From: Promethearchaeia archaeon
GTDB lineage: Archaea > Asgardarchaeota > Lokiarchaeia > Sigyniarchaeales > SOKP01
Length of the DNA stretch: 64,000 nt
Direction: 5' to 3'
Assembly (NCBI GenBank): GCA_029856155.1
Contig: JAHQWL010000023.1
Location: forward strand, 64,001 to 128,000
A program made the translations under genes and the position numbers. Positions 50,551 through 61,943 of this stretch are shown here, in pieces. How positions within the stretch are numbered: position 1 is the first letter of the stretch; every line of letters begins with the position of its first letter. The notes beneath the pieces are model-generated. The model searched no databases, was not told the DNA's origin, and worked only from the letters and a program-made list of their open reading frames with translations.

Positions 50551-52521
50551 ATGACTATGAGAACCGGTTTTTTTGGAAAAGTTTTATGGGTTGATCTTAC
50601 AGAAGAGAATTTTAAGGAAGAATCATTAACCGAAGAGATTTATCGTCAATATCTTGGAGGATATGGATTAGGTGTAAAATTGATTTATGAAAATATGCCC
50701 GCTGAAATTGATCCATTAAGCGCTGAATCTGTTTTTGGTTTTTTTCCGGGATTATTAACGGGAACTGCAGCACCATTTTCAGGAAGGTATATGGTAGCAG
50801 GGAAATCTCCTTTAACAAGGACTTGGGGGGATTCTAATAGTGGAGGAACATTTGGCCCTGAGATAAAGAAATGTGGATATGATGCAATTATAATTAAAGG
50901 TATTGCAAATACACCTAAATATATTTCGATAATTGAAGATGAAAAGGAAATTTTGGATGCTTCAGAGATTTGGGGTTTAGATATAATCGAAACAGAGTCA
51001 AAAATGAAGAAAAAATATGGTAAATTTATTAAGGTTGCAGGAATTGGACAAGCTGGTGAGAAAATATCCTATATTTCTGGAATTGCTAATGATAAGGGAA
51101 GAATTGCCGCTAGAGCGGGATTAGGGGCTATAATGGGTTCAAAAAAATTAAAAGCACTTGTTTTAAAGGGAAATAAGAAAATTTCACACTATAATCGAGA
51201 AAAGTTTTTAGAATTAGTTAAATTCTATAATGAAAGCGGAACACAAGAGGCACCTAATAAATTAATAAGATCAATCTTAAAAAATGTCCCTCGGTTAGCT
51301 AAAACTATTCGTAGATTTAGAGTAGGGTTTGCGGGACCTCCTAAAATGATAAGAGAAATCTACAAGTCTTTTGGAACTAGTGTTGGAAACACAATTTCTG
51401 CAGAATCAAACGATTCTCCGATTAAAAACTGGAATGGAATTGGGATGTATGATTTTCCATATAAAATATCTAAAAGTTTGTCAGCACTAGAGATTCAAAA
51501 ATACAAGATCAGAGAATATGGATGTTTTAGTTGTCCAGTTCAATGTGGTGGAATTCTAAAAGTTCCAGAAATAAATTTAGACGAAACTTATATTCCAGAA
51601 TATGAAACTTGTTGCTCATTTGGCGCTCTTTTACTTAATCATGATTTACTCTCAATTTTTGAGATAAATGAATTATGCAATAGAGCCGCAATAGATACAA
51701 TATCTACTGGTGCAACTATTGCGTTTGCTATGGAGTGCTTCGAAAATGGAATTTTAACTGAAGAAGATACTGACGGTTTAAAATTAACTTGGGGAAACTC
51801 AAAAGCTATTGTTGAAATGGTAAAAAAGATAATTAATAGGGAAGGAATTGGAGATGTTTTAGCTGATGGAAGTAAGATTGCTGCAGAAAAAATTGGAAAG
51901 CAGTCTGCAAGATATGCTATTACATCTCTAGGTTCAGAAATCGCAATGCATAATCCAAGAGTGTTTCCTTCCTTAGCATTCACATATAATTATGATCCCA
52001 CACCAGGAAGACATACTGCTGCAAGTATTGATTTTGTTGATATCGGCCCTATTAATAAATTTCAAAAGGGTTTTAAACTACCAAAAGGATGGAAAAAGAA
52101 TGAGAAAAAAAAACAAATCGGGCAAATGTTAGTTACCTCTATTCATCAAGTTATAAATAGTGCTGGTTTATGTATGTTTTCAACTTTGTTTGGTTCCTAT
52201 CCACTTATCGATCTGATTAACAATTTTACTGGTTGGGATTTAAATATAGATGAGTTGATAAAAATTGGACTTAGGATTCAAACTCTACGTCAAGCATTCA
52301 CGTTACGTGAAGGGATAGATATTGCGGGTAATAAACTTCCTGGCAGAGTTACTGGTCACCCTCCAGATAAAAGGGGTCCGACAAAAGGTACATCCATTGA
52401 GTATGAAGATTTCTATAAAGGATACTGCAGTGAAATGGGTTGGAATCCTGAGAATGGATATCCATTAAAAGAAACTCTTAAAGACCTTGATTTGGAATTT
52501 GTTATTAAGGATTTATATTGA
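50551..52521 (+). CDS. aor: Tungsten-dependent aldehyde:ferredoxin oxidoreductase family protein
   Basis: KSPLT, DSNSGG, IGQAGE, ARAGLGAIMGSKKLKA, CFSCPVQC, PEYET, DTISTG, GLCMF. Confidence 0.92.
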   Translation: MTMRTGFFGKVLWVDLTEENFKEESLTEEIYRQYLGGYGLGVKLIYENMPAEIDPLSAESVFGFFPGLLTGTAAPFSGRYMVAGKSPLTRTWGDSNSGGTFGPEIKKCGYDAIIIKGIANTPKYISIIEDEKEILDASEIWGLDIIETESKMKKKYGKFIKVAGIGQAGEKISYISGIANDKGRIAARAGLGAIMGSKKLKALVLKGNKKISHYNREKFLELVKFYNESGTQEAPNKLIRSILKNVPRLAKTIRRFRVGFAGPPKMIREIYKSFGTSVGNTISAESNDSPIKNWNGIGMYDFPYKISKSLSALEIQKYKIREYGCFSCPVQCGGILKVPEINLDETYIPEYETCCSFGALLLNHDLLSIFEINELCNRAAIDTISTGATIAFAMECFENGILTEEDTDGLKLTWGNSKAIVEMVKKIINREGIGDVLADGSKIAAEKIGKQSARYAITSLGSEIAMHNPRVFPSLAFTYNYDPTPGRHTAASIDFVDIGPINKFQKGFKLPKGWKKNEKKKQIGQMLVTSIHQVINSAGLCMFSTLFGSYPLIDLINNFTGWDLNIDELIKIGLRIQTLRQAFTLREGIDIAGNKLPGRVTGHPPDKRGPTKGTSIEYEDFYKGYCSEMGWNPENGYPLKETLKDLDLEFVIKDLY

Positions 52522-52593
52522 AGTTATAATTTTTATAATGTATAATTATTTAGAATTAATATTTTAAAAGTAGACAGACTAACAACTTAAAAA

Positions 52594-53064
52594 ATGCATA
52601 ATTCATCCCAAACAGATTTGAAATCCTTCATCCAAAATGAACTTATTAAAAACATTAAGAAAGTAAGAGGGAAACATGCTCCAATTTCTGAGATTGTCAA
52701 TAGTGTTCCTAAAACTTTAATAGTCGAAAAGATTTACGATTTAAGAGAAAATTATAAAAATTTTTTTTTATTTATAGTAAAAAATTATTCTAAAGTACCA
52801 AAATTAAGGTATTTTTTAGCTCTTTCACTGGCATACACTAGTTCTGATTTGTTAGTCCAACTTGCAATGGAATTTGCAGTCAAAAATGACTTGAAATTAA
52901 TTCAATATTCAATCTTTCCAAAAACTCTTAGGATTCAATTATTATTACTAAAAGAAATTGTAGACATTAAAGATTATGCCAATTCGATTGAAAAATTGAA
53001 ATCCTATAGAAAAGAATTTCGTCATAAATTGGGACAAGTAAAGAATTTAGTAGAAAATGAATAA
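52594..53064 (+). CDS. Hypothetical protein
   Basis: 156-aa ORF co-oriented with neighbours. Confidence 0.6.
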   Translation: MHNSSQTDLKSFIQNELIKNIKKVRGKHAPISEIVNSVPKTLIVEKIYDLRENYKNFFLFIVKNYSKVPKLRYFLALSLAYTSSDLLVQLAMEFAVKNDLKLIQYSIFPKTLRIQLLLLKEIVDIKDYANSIEKLKSYRKEFRHKLGQVKNLVENE

Positions 53065-53158
53065 TTTTTAAGCATAAACACAATAATTATATTAATCACC
53101 ATAATAGTTATGATTTTAGATTCCAAATTAGTTTTAAAATAAAATATGGGTTAAAATA

Positions 53159-54628
53159 ATGTCATTTAGAGAAAATACGGTGAAAATTGTAAGTACTCTT
53201 GGTCCAGCTTCGAGTTCAAAAGAGATGCTCGAAAAATTAATTAACACAGGCGTTGATATTTTTAGATTAAATTTCTCACATGGAACTCATGAGGAAAAAA
53301 GAGAATTATTTGGAAGAATTAGAGAAGTAAGTGAATATACTAAACACACGGGAATTTTAGCTGATATTCAAGGACCGAAAATTAGGGTAGGAAAATTTAA
53401 AGAAGATCTAGCTTACAGTTTAGGAATAGGTCAAGAAGTAAATGTCTTTGAAAAAGAAATTGAAGGGGATCAAAAACAATTTTCAATTCCTTTGAAAGGT
53501 TTTCTTAAGTCAATGAGAGTTGGAGATATTTTTTTTGTTAATGATGGAATTATTAAAATTAAAGTCATAAGGAAAGAAGCTGATCACGTTGTTGGAGAGG
53601 TTTTAGCTGGAGGTTTGATTAGTAATAGAAAAGGGGTTAATATCCCTGCTGGAGAATTGTCTCAAAAAGTCCCTACTGAAAAAGATGTTAAGGACCTTGA
53701 ATTCATAGCGAAACTTGATCCTGAATATGTTGCTATCTCATTTGTATCGGGAGGAGATGATGTTTTACATGTCAAACGAATTCTTGAAAATTATGGAAAT
53801 TCCAAAATTAAATTAATTTCAAAAATCGAACGGCCTATAGCATTAACCAATTTTGACCAGATTTTAGACGTAAGTGATGGAATCATGGTTGCCAGAGGAG
53901 ATTTAGGTGTTGAGATCGATCCGGATAAAGTACCTTTATGGCAAAAGGAAATGATATATAAGTGTAATCGAGAAGGCAAACCTGTTATTGTTGCGACCCA
54001 AATGCTTGAATCAATGGTCTCTAATCCCATCCCTACAAGAGCAGAGGCAAATGATGTATATAATGCTGTTATGGATGGAACTGATGCTGTTATGCTCTCA
54101 GCAGAAACAGCAGTTGGGAAATATCCGATTAATGCCGTTCAATATATGAATCAAATTGCAAAAACAGCAACTGAGAACATGCCTAAAAGGATTCCAGATG
54201 AATATGATTCTGATAGATTAACTCACACACAAACTCTAGGACATGCTATATATTCACTAGCCTCAGAAATGGAAGCATTAAATTTTAGAGGTAAAATTTT
54301 AGTGATCACAAGGAGAGGTTATGGCGCAAGAATGATCGCTAAGTATCGACCACCCTTACCCATTATTGCTATAACACCTTATAAAAGAACAGCTAGAGAA
54401 CTAAATTTGGTATGGGCCGTCCAAGCAATGCAAATTGACAGTAGTGATTTCTTCAATATGGATGCTGAAGAAATTATAGAGCAATCTGTTAAAAACGCAG
54501 TTGAAAAGAAAATGTTAGATGAGAATGAACATGTAATTATATTATTGGTTTCAAGAAAATTTGAACGAAGAGGAAATCTCGTGGGGCTCTATTATGTAGG
54601 GGAAATTCTCGAATCTGAATCTAAATAA
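53159..54628 (+). CDS. pyk: Pyruvate kinase
   Basis: TLGPAS, RLNFSHG, DIQGPKIR, SKIE, DGIMVARGDLGVE, ATQMLESM, DAVMLSAETA. Confidence 0.97.
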   Translation: MSFRENTVKIVSTLGPASSSKEMLEKLINTGVDIFRLNFSHGTHEEKRELFGRIREVSEYTKHTGILADIQGPKIRVGKFKEDLAYSLGIGQEVNVFEKEIEGDQKQFSIPLKGFLKSMRVGDIFFVNDGIIKIKVIRKEADHVVGEVLAGGLISNRKGVNIPAGELSQKVPTEKDVKDLEFIAKLDPEYVAISFVSGGDDVLHVKRILENYGNSKIKLISKIERPIALTNFDQILDVSDGIMVARGDLGVEIDPDKVPLWQKEMIYKCNREGKPVIVATQMLESMVSNPIPTRAEANDVYNAVMDGTDAVMLSAETAVGKYPINAVQYMNQIAKTATENMPKRIPDEYDSDRLTHTQTLGHAIYSLASEMEALNFRGKILVITRRGYGARMIAKYRPPLPIIAITPYKRTARELNLVWAVQAMQIDSSDFFNMDAEEIIEQSVKNAVEKKMLDENEHVIILLVSRKFERRGNLVGLYYVGEILESESK

Positions 54629-54796
54629 AAAAATCTTGATACTTTTTTTACAAATTTTTCAATTTGAATAAGAATATTTAGTTTTTCCTCAAATTTATCA
54701 ATAAAATTATAAATCTTAATAAGTCAAAGAATTTTTTTTACATCTAAGAAGTATTAATTTTACTTCTTTAAAGTTAAGGTTTGAGGAAAAAAAAAG

Positions 54797-55227
54797 AGTG
54801 AAGAATGGAAATATGCATCTTAGGTATCAACTCTGGGGAAATGGGCTTGGGTAATAGGAATTGTAAGTGGAATTATTGACATTTTAATAGTTCTTCCTAG
54901 TCTAATGCTCCTTGCATCTTTACCATACGGTATTGGGACGGCTGGTATAGGATATCCTATTTGGTGGATCATAGCTGGAATATTAGTAATATTAATCTCT
55001 TTTGTTATTATAAAGCCTACTTCTCAAGTAAATGTGCCAATAAAGATTGGGATGGTCTCTATAATTGGGTTATACCACTTGGAAGTATTAGATTCCCATG
55101 GATGCTTTTTTGGGGAATAGTTGTAGAAGTGTTAGGATATGGATGGGGGGGATTTGCAATAATAATACCAGCATTGGTCTTAATATTTGCTGGTCCAAAA
55201 CCATATGAATGGAAAGCTATAAAATAG
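54797..55227 (+). pseudogene. Disrupted membrane-protein gene (in-frame TAG at 54821-54823 and a frameshift near 55018)
   Basis: SEEWKYAS*VSTLGKWAWVIG...FVIIKP continues in another frame as YFSSKCANKDWDGLY...AGPKPYEWK; explains track ORFs 54905 and 54961. Confidence 0.7.
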
Positions 55228-55348
55228 TCAATAATCTCTTATTCTATTTTTTTTATTATCAATAAATCTTGAGACTTTTTTTATATTTATATTAACCTAT
55301 TTTTTTGATTCATAATATTTCACAAAATATTTTAAATTTGAAATAAAG

Positions 55349-55777
55349 ATGTACAATTCATATAAAATATATGATAAAAAAATTTATACCGGTATGAGAG
55401 TAGGGGGCTCTCACTATTGGATTTATAATGATGGGAAATGGTTTGAAACTAAAAAAGCCCCTGATAAATGGAATTTTAAATTTGAGAGTTTAAAAACTAG
55501 ATTAACTCCGGCTCCTTTGAATACAGGAGCTAGTATTAATACAAAATTTCATTGGTATATATTAGCAGATCAAATTGCAACAAAAATAGATAGTAATTCA
55601 TACAGAACTTCAATGAAAGGGGTTAAATTTAAGATTGGACATAAAAGACCTTATTGGAAAAGTTTTAGTTATAATTATCCAAATCAAATTTCATACAAAG
55701 AAAGAATTATACAAATTTTAGAAGCAATTCTGATAGACTTAAGAAGTAAAAACAATTTTTATGTAAAAGATTTATAA
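55349..55777 (+). CDS. Hypothetical Trp/Tyr-rich protein
   Basis: 142-aa ORF; YTGMRVGGSHYWIYNDGKW. Confidence 0.65.
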   Translation: MYNSYKIYDKKIYTGMRVGGSHYWIYNDGKWFETKKAPDKWNFKFESLKTRLTPAPLNTGASINTKFHWYILADQIATKIDSNSYRTSMKGVKFKIGHKRPYWKSFSYNYPNQISYKERIIQILEAILIDLRSKNNFYVKDL

Positions 55778-56376
55778 AATCTCATACATATCTTGATAGT
55801 TTAACTAATTTTTCCAGTACTTTGAGCTTTTATATGCTTTCTAATCTTTGAATCTTCTTTATTGAATTGTGTTTGCGTATTGTCTCGATGAATAATAATC
55901 TCCTTTATATCAGCCCTTAAAATTGGGGAATTGTATTTTTCTTTAAAAATTATAAAGTCATTTGAATTTGTTGAATACATTCTTAACTGAAATTCATTAA
56001 CCATTCCTATTCGACTCGCTAAATGTCCTAATATATGATCTGCGAAGATTATTTCACATAAAACTTCCAAATTTTTTTTCATGAAATATCTTCTAGGTAC
56101 ATCTATTTAAAGAAAAAGTATTCAAATATCAATAGTATTGCTTAATTTGTCTTTAAATATCTAATTTTTTGTTCCTCATCGATGTTTGGTTGATATTTCG
56201 TTTTAAAGCAATAACAATGACAACAATAAAATTCAATATAATTACAGTTCCAAATTTTGGTTAAATGTTCGATATCTTTAGAGGACTAATATTTTTAACA
56301 TAACTTTCATAATCCAAGTCCTTTCCACATCTAAAACACTTTCTTACTCTCATATTTTAATAAAATAAAAATTGAT

Positions 56377-56892
56377 TTAAAATTGTTCATAATGAACTAT
56401 TTCATCAATAGGCTTTCTTTCTTTAACTTCACCTTTCGGTTTAATTGGATAACCTAGCGGTGTTAATCCCAATACATTATACTTTTTAGGGATTTTTAAT
56501 ACTTTTTTAACCTCTTCCTCATTAAACCATCCTATCCAACAAGTCGCTAACCCTTCAGCTGTCGCAGCTAAAATTAAATGCTCAAAACAAATTCCAAAGT
56601 CTACACCATAATATTTTTCACCGCTTTTATTTATCCCTGATCCATCTGTGGAAATTATGCCAATAACAAACACAGGAGCTTCAATAAACTTTTCTTCTTG
56701 TCCGATCGCTTTCCAAACAGCTTTAATGTTATCTGGTTTTTGTACTATGATATAATGGACGCCTTGTAAGTTTGCCCATGTTGGTGCTAAACGCGCTGCT
56801 TCTAAAATCCTTTCGATTTTTTCTCTTTCAGGCATTTCTGGTTTATATACTCTATAACTTCTTCTCTTTTTTACTACTTCGTAAAAATCCAT
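56377..56892 (-). CDS. Nitroreductase family protein
   Basis: KRRSYRVY, ARLAPT, LAATAEGLATCWIG, LGYP, ERKP. Confidence 0.93.
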   Translation of the reverse strand: MDFYEVVKKRRSYRVYKPEMPEREKIERILEAARLAPTWANLQGVHYIIVQKPDNIKAVWKAIGQEEKFIEAPVFVIGIISTDGSGINKSGEKYYGVDFGICFEHLILAATAEGLATCWIGWFNEEEVKKVLKIPKKYNVLGLTPLGYPIKPKGEVKERKPIDEIVHYEQF

Positions 56893-57004
56893 ATTGATAC
56901 TCTCTAAATTATATATTATTTCATAATTTTAATGGTAGTAAAATTTTTAATTTTTTCATTATATAATAAAATTCAATTAAAAATTGGTGATTTCTAAGTT
57001 TTAA

Positions 57005-57805
57005 TTAATCATCTATCATTCTTTTATGTCCATTTGGGCATTCCCCATAAGTACAATCATAAAAACCATCATCAAATTCTTCTCTAGCATTATAATGCTC
57101 CCAACAATAAATTTTATCACATTCGGGGCAGTAAGCATCTAATCCTTCAAATGAATGATGCCTTTTCATAAAATTATGGACTCCTAATAAATCCTTTTCT
57201 TGCAAAATTCTAAATAAATTATTTGCGAGATTAATATTCATCGATCTTTCATGTGTAATTCCTCTAAAAACTAACGCTTCACTTTTATCAAATCTTCCAT
57301 ACCCAATCTTAAATTCCACTGCATTCTTACTACACACTGAACATGGTAAATGATACTCTAAATCAGAAACTTTAATAACTCTTTCGGTTGGTTTCAAAAT
57401 TTCTTTTTCATTTAATACTCTCTGAAATACAAACCAAAACGCATCCCAACACTCCTTAAAAGTTTCTTCAGCTTTTTTAATAAGTTTAGATGATTTATCA
57501 TTTTGGAAAATTCTAAGTTGACTAATAATTTTGGACAAAAAATTTCTCGCAACATATAAGAAACCCTTTGAATTCTCAATATTCTTAAATTCTATGTCTT
57601 TAGTTGGTCTTAACATCTCCCACGCAGAAAAAGTATTATAATAAAATTCTTTTACATCTGAAATCCACAAGTTTCTAGTTGAATCATCTAATTCTTTAAG
57701 ATAATTTAAATATTCAATGATATCATCTTTAATATCCTCGAGTTTTTGAATATAATTTCGGATATTCCAAATTTTTTCTTTTAATTTATCATTTTTACCA
57801 TTCAT
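57005..57805 (-). CDS. Hypothetical protein with C-terminal zinc-binding motifs
   Basis: CSVC, YCPECDKIYCWEH, CPNGH. Confidence 0.7.
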   Translation of the reverse strand: MNGKNDKLKEKIWNIRNYIQKLEDIKDDIIEYLNYLKELDDSTRNLWISDVKEFYYNTFSAWEMLRPTKDIEFKNIENSKGFLYVARNFLSKIISQLRIFQNDKSSKLIKKAEETFKECWDAFWFVFQRVLNEKEILKPTERVIKVSDLEYHLPCSVCSKNAVEFKIGYGRFDKSEALVFRGITHERSMNINLANNLFRILQEKDLLGVHNFMKRHHSFEGLDAYCPECDKIYCWEHYNAREEFDDGFYDCTYGECPNGHKRMIDD

Positions 57806-58079
57806 TTCGAATATAATTATGATTGCTTATTAATTTATCAATATCAAATTTAGAAAAAAGAAATTAAGATTTCATAATTGTACCTTAAACTGAAAATCTT
57901 CAGGTTAATTTATAATCTTTATTTTATAAATTAAGAATAAGAGAATCTTATCTAATCTTTTTGTTATTACAAATTCTTTAATAATTTACAATTATAATAG
58001 ATAAATATTTTGTAGTGATTAAAATTATTAGATAATTCTTATTTATCTAAAAACTATTAAAAAAAGGTTTTATTATAAA

Positions 58080-58853
58080 ATGTTAAAAAAAGAATTACTA
58101 CAGATTCTTAATCTTATTGGATTCATTGCCACAGTGATTGTTAATTTTCTGGCAGTTATCTTGCCAATTGGACTTGGTACTACTCAAGAGTTATCTGATG
58201 CGATCCCAAACTTATTCGTTCCAGCGGGAATTACTTTTTCAATTTGGAGTATCATATATATCTTTTTAGGACTATTCTCTATTTATCAAATGAGAGATAT
58301 TTTTAAAAGCAACAAGATTGAAATGAAATACTTAGATAATATCGGATATTTCTTTATTATTGGGAGTTTAGCTAACGTATTATGGATAATTGTATGGCAT
58401 TATAAATTGGTTCCTTTATCTCTAGTTTTTATGATAGTTCTATTAATCTCTTTATTACTTATCTATACTAAACTAAATATCGGAAAATCAAATGCCTCTA
58501 AAATGGAAAAAGTTGCTGTACATATACCATTCAGTATATATCTTGGTTGGATATCTGTTGCAACAATAGCAAATGTCACTGCAGTTTTAGTCGTTCTTGG
58601 AGTGAGCAGTTTTGGATTATTAGCAGAAATCTTAACAATTATGGTAATAATTGTGGCCGTGCTCATAACTTTTGCTATGCTATTATTACGAAACGATTAT
58701 ATTTACAGTTTTGTAATAGTCTGGGCGCTATTAGGGATTTTCATTAAACAAATAACTGATAACTTAACAATAGCAATAACTGCGTTGATCTCAGGTGTTT
58801 TAATCCTTGTCGGAATTGTATATATAATTATTCGAAAGAAAAAATTGCCTTAA
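58080..58853 (+). CDS. TspO-like / tryptophan-rich sensory membrane protein
   Basis: LFVPAGITFSIWSIIY, FSIYLGWISVAT, VWALLGI. Confidence 0.75.
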   Translation: MLKKELLQILNLIGFIATVIVNFLAVILPIGLGTTQELSDAIPNLFVPAGITFSIWSIIYIFLGLFSIYQMRDIFKSNKIEMKYLDNIGYFFIIGSLANVLWIIVWHYKLVPLSLVFMIVLLISLLLIYTKLNIGKSNASKMEKVAVHIPFSIYLGWISVATIANVTAVLVVLGVSSFGLLAEILTIMVIIVAVLITFAMLLLRNDYIYSFVIVWALLGIFIKQITDNLTIAITALISGVLILVGIVYIIIRKKKLP

Positions 58854-59090
58854 AACACATTTTTTTTCTATTTTTTTTTAAAGATAATCAGAAATTAGGA
58901 TTGTTATTATCTCCTTAATTTCATAATTTTCATCAATTAATTTTTATATATTTTACATAATCCATATTATAATGACATCAAAATCTATTTTTTAATAAAA
59001 CCTCTAAAATGTATAGAAAAAATCTTTCTCAAGGCTATAATTTAAAAGTCATAAGCTAAATTTTAAAATGTAAACTCACTAATTACATCA

Positions 59091-59558
59091 ATGAGATCAA
59101 ACAAGTTAATTATAAGAATAATTCAGCACAAAAAGGAAATTTATTATCCTATATTTACTATTTCAATAAGTTATTTTTTAAGTTGGCTTATAACCTTATT
59201 TGTTAGTTTTGCAGATAGTCAAGTGGCTTTGCCTTTTTTCTTTTGGAATATAGCTACTTTAATTTTAATATACTCCCTTGATGTTTATCGTATATCTAAG
59301 AAAAGAGAAGATTCTCTTTCAAAAAAGCTAATATTTTTCTTACTCCTTCTCTCACTGACTATTCATTTCATTGTTGTGCTTAGATTAGTATCGTTGATTT
59401 TTACCACTATTTATTATCTAATTCCTATCGGTATCTATATTCTTGTATCAATTTTAATTTTTTTTGTCCTACGCAAAGAAGTAATAAAATATTATTTGAA
59501 AAAAAATAAACAGATTAAAAATAACTTAAAAACCGCTATTAAAGAACAAAAGATTTAG
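59091..59558 (+). CDS. Hypothetical membrane protein
   Basis: Four hydrophobic segments. Confidence 0.6.
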   Translation: MRSNKLIIRIIQHKKEIYYPIFTISISYFLSWLITLFVSFADSQVALPFFFWNIATLILIYSLDVYRISKKREDSLSKKLIFFLLLLSLTIHFIVVLRLVSLIFTTIYYLIPIGIYILVSILIFFVLRKEVIKYYLKKNKQIKNNLKTAIKEQKI

Positions 59559-59567
59559 AGAGTAATC

Positions 59568-60518
59568 ATGAATTCAAATGAACTGACTTTCAGTAAAGAA
59601 AAGAGAGAGTCATACATTTTAATGTATATTCTTATCATTATCTTCATCACTGCAGTTCTAGTTGCTCTTAGAATTATCTTTTCATTTTTTCAAGAAGAAT
59701 CCCCAGGATTGTTTATTATTGATTTGTTAATGAGAAATAGAGATCTAAATTTTAAAACCAATTACAATCTAATGTATAACGGGATCATTAATTATTACGG
59801 AGATAATCCTTTTATTAGTGAAAAAGCAATATATCTCTATTTTTGGTATTTTATCTTTTACCCGTTTTACATTATACCTATAGAAATTTCTATTTATATC
59901 TGGGATCTTTTAAGGATCATTTCTACGATTTATATTGCAATTAATATCAGCAAGGTAATTAAAAATAGAAGAGACCTACTATTTTTCTTCCTATTTTCTG
60001 GTATTGGATATTTTGCTGACATGTATTTAAATAATACGAATTGGATAATTCAACTCTTCTTATATGAATCATATATTCAATTAGAGAAAAATAATAAGCC
60101 TTTATCAGGATTTTTTTTTACTATTTGTACGTTTAAAATAATCCTGATTATAATTCCGTTTATTTTTATTCTTATAAAGAAAATTAAAGGCAAAGATTTA
60201 ATTTTTTATTTTTTACCTTTTTTGGTAATCTGTATACCTTATATAATTTTTCCAGAGTATTTTTCAATGATGGTTTCTAATTGGTTCCTAAGTATAGAAA
60301 CAACATCTGGATTCTCAATCATAAGTATATTCTTAATATTTTGGCGTGTAATTCAACCCGCGCAATTAATGTTTTTAAGTATTATACTAGTAATTATTAT
60401 TGTAAATATCAAAAATGAGAATGAAAAAACAAGAATTGGTTCTTTAATCTATATATCTGTATCTATTTTATGGGTTTTAATTTGGTTAATATTCTTAGGA
60501 TTTGCTCTTTTCATGTGA
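59568..60518 (+). CDS. GT-C fold (GT87/DUF2029-like) membrane glycosyltransferase candidate
   Basis: RDLNF loop, YLYFWYFIFYPF, LNNTN, GFFFTICTFK pattern; polytopic. Confidence 0.6.
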   Translation: MNSNELTFSKEKRESYILMYILIIIFITAVLVALRIIFSFFQEESPGLFIIDLLMRNRDLNFKTNYNLMYNGIINYYGDNPFISEKAIYLYFWYFIFYPFYIIPIEISIYIWDLLRIISTIYIAINISKVIKNRRDLLFFFLFSGIGYFADMYLNNTNWIIQLFLYESYIQLEKNNKPLSGFFFTICTFKIILIIIPFIFILIKKIKGKDLIFYFLPFLVICIPYIIFPEYFSMMVSNWFLSIETTSGFSIISIFLIFWRVIQPAQLMFLSIILVIIIVNIKNENEKTRIGSLIYISVSILWVLIWLIFLGFALFM

Positions 60519-60523
60519 ATTTA

Positions 60524-60934
60524 TCAGATTTTTTCATGATTTTGAATGATAATCAACACAAACGAAATATATATAAATATCATACATGAGAAACTATATA
60601 CTGGAGTAAAACAGGCAGATCCATAAAACCTTATTAAAAAAATTATATTAAAACCAATTCCAAAAAGCAAGGCTGTTATTATAGGGACTTTAAATTTTCT
60701 ATCAATTATTTTAATTCTTACCACAATTATCCCAGATATAACCATTATTAAAATTTTTATGGGCTCAAACAATGCTAAAAATAAATAAAAACCCATTAAA
60801 ACTAATTGATTTAGAGATATTAATTGTTGTATCCGTAAAATTAGAATAAGATTAATTATAAATGATATTATTGTTATTAAAACAATAAAAATAACTAATC
60901 TGATTAATAAATTATATCTTTTTCTAATATTCAT
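60524..60934 (-). CDS. Hypothetical membrane protein
   Basis: Four hydrophobic segments. Confidence 0.55.
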   Translation of the reverse strand: MNIRKRYNLLIRLVIFIVLITIISFIINLILILRIQQLISLNQLVLMGFYLFLALFEPIKILIMVISGIIVVRIKIIDRKFKVPIITALLFGIGFNIIFLIRFYGSACFTPVYSFSCMIFIYISFVLIIIQNHEKI

Positions 60935-61138
60935 TAAACCATTTTGTTTTAATCTAATTATAATAGATATCCAGATATTTAAAGCCTAAATCTTTACACT
61001 TAGAATAATTATTAATATTATTTGGTTTCAACATAAATATTTTTATATTTAATTGAATTAATAAAGATTGGTTTATCCTTAAATGAAAATAGAATTGAAA
61101 TCCTTATTATTTGAAATAAATAATTGATGTGATTATTA

Positions 61139-61876
61139 ATGTCTGAAGATGAAGTAATTTGCAATAATTGCAGGAAGCTAACTAAAAAAAGTCATAAATA
61201 CTGCATGCATTGCGGTAGTTTATTAACACCATACTCGCCATTTCCATCGCGAGAAACTCAAGAAAGCTTACGCGATCCATTCGATACCACATCTATACCC
61301 TCAGATAAATTAGGTAAATTTCACATAAGTGAACTTAGTACTGGCTATAAAGTATTAGCATTTTTTATTATTGTCGCTGTAGTAGATTTAGTAGCATCAT
61401 TTATATTCGTGTTTGGCTACCATTTACCATTAAATACTTATTTTATGTTATTTGTAGGATTTTTTATTTTATTTATGATAATCGTTGGTTTAATATGGGG
61501 TGTAGCGGCAGGTTCAGATTTTGCTAATGCAGCATTGAAAGGTTGTGCCGCTATATTTGGTATTATCCTCCTCCTAGCAATTATTATACCGATCTATGTT
61601 ATATATGCTTTACCAAGTATTGTTGGGTCATTTTCTTTTTCTTCACCCGCGCTTGAAGAATTAGGGCAACGGATAACAGATGCCATTAGCAATGCGTTAA
61701 ACAATTTTATTGGATCAATATTTCGAGAAATTGGGGATAATATTAAAACTTCTTGGGAAAATGCGTTTGCAGATGTCGAAGTTCCTGGTTTTGAGCCATT
61801 CTTATTTCTTGGCTTATTTATTTCACTTTCTATAATTCTTATATATAAGTACCATTTAACTATTAAAAAAAAATAG
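61139..61876 (+). CDS. Zinc-ribbon membrane protein with C-terminal PGF-type sorting signal
   Basis: CNNC...CMHCG; three TM helices; ends VPGFEPFLFLGLFISLSIILIYKYHLTIKKK (motif, TM helix, basic tail). Confidence 0.8.
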   Translation: MSEDEVICNNCRKLTKKSHKYCMHCGSLLTPYSPFPSRETQESLRDPFDTTSIPSDKLGKFHISELSTGYKVLAFFIIVAVVDLVASFIFVFGYHLPLNTYFMLFVGFFILFMIIVGLIWGVAAGSDFANAALKGCAAIFGIILLLAIIIPIYVIYALPSIVGSFSFSSPALEELGQRITDAISNALNNFIGSIFREIGDNIKTSWENAFADVEVPGFEPFLFLGLFISLSIILIYKYHLTIKKK

Positions 61877-61943
61877 GATTAATTACTAAGATTATTTTTA
61901 TTTCCTTTTTTTTAAATAGCAGTAATTTAAACTGAATTTCAAT

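Noticed and set aside
477-58747. Numerous 60-165 aa track ORFs antisense to or nested within long genes (e.g. 477-761, 18454-18948, 29022-29351, 45464-45799, 51639-51983)
   Set aside because: Shadow ORFs of well-supported genes with no recognisable motifs.
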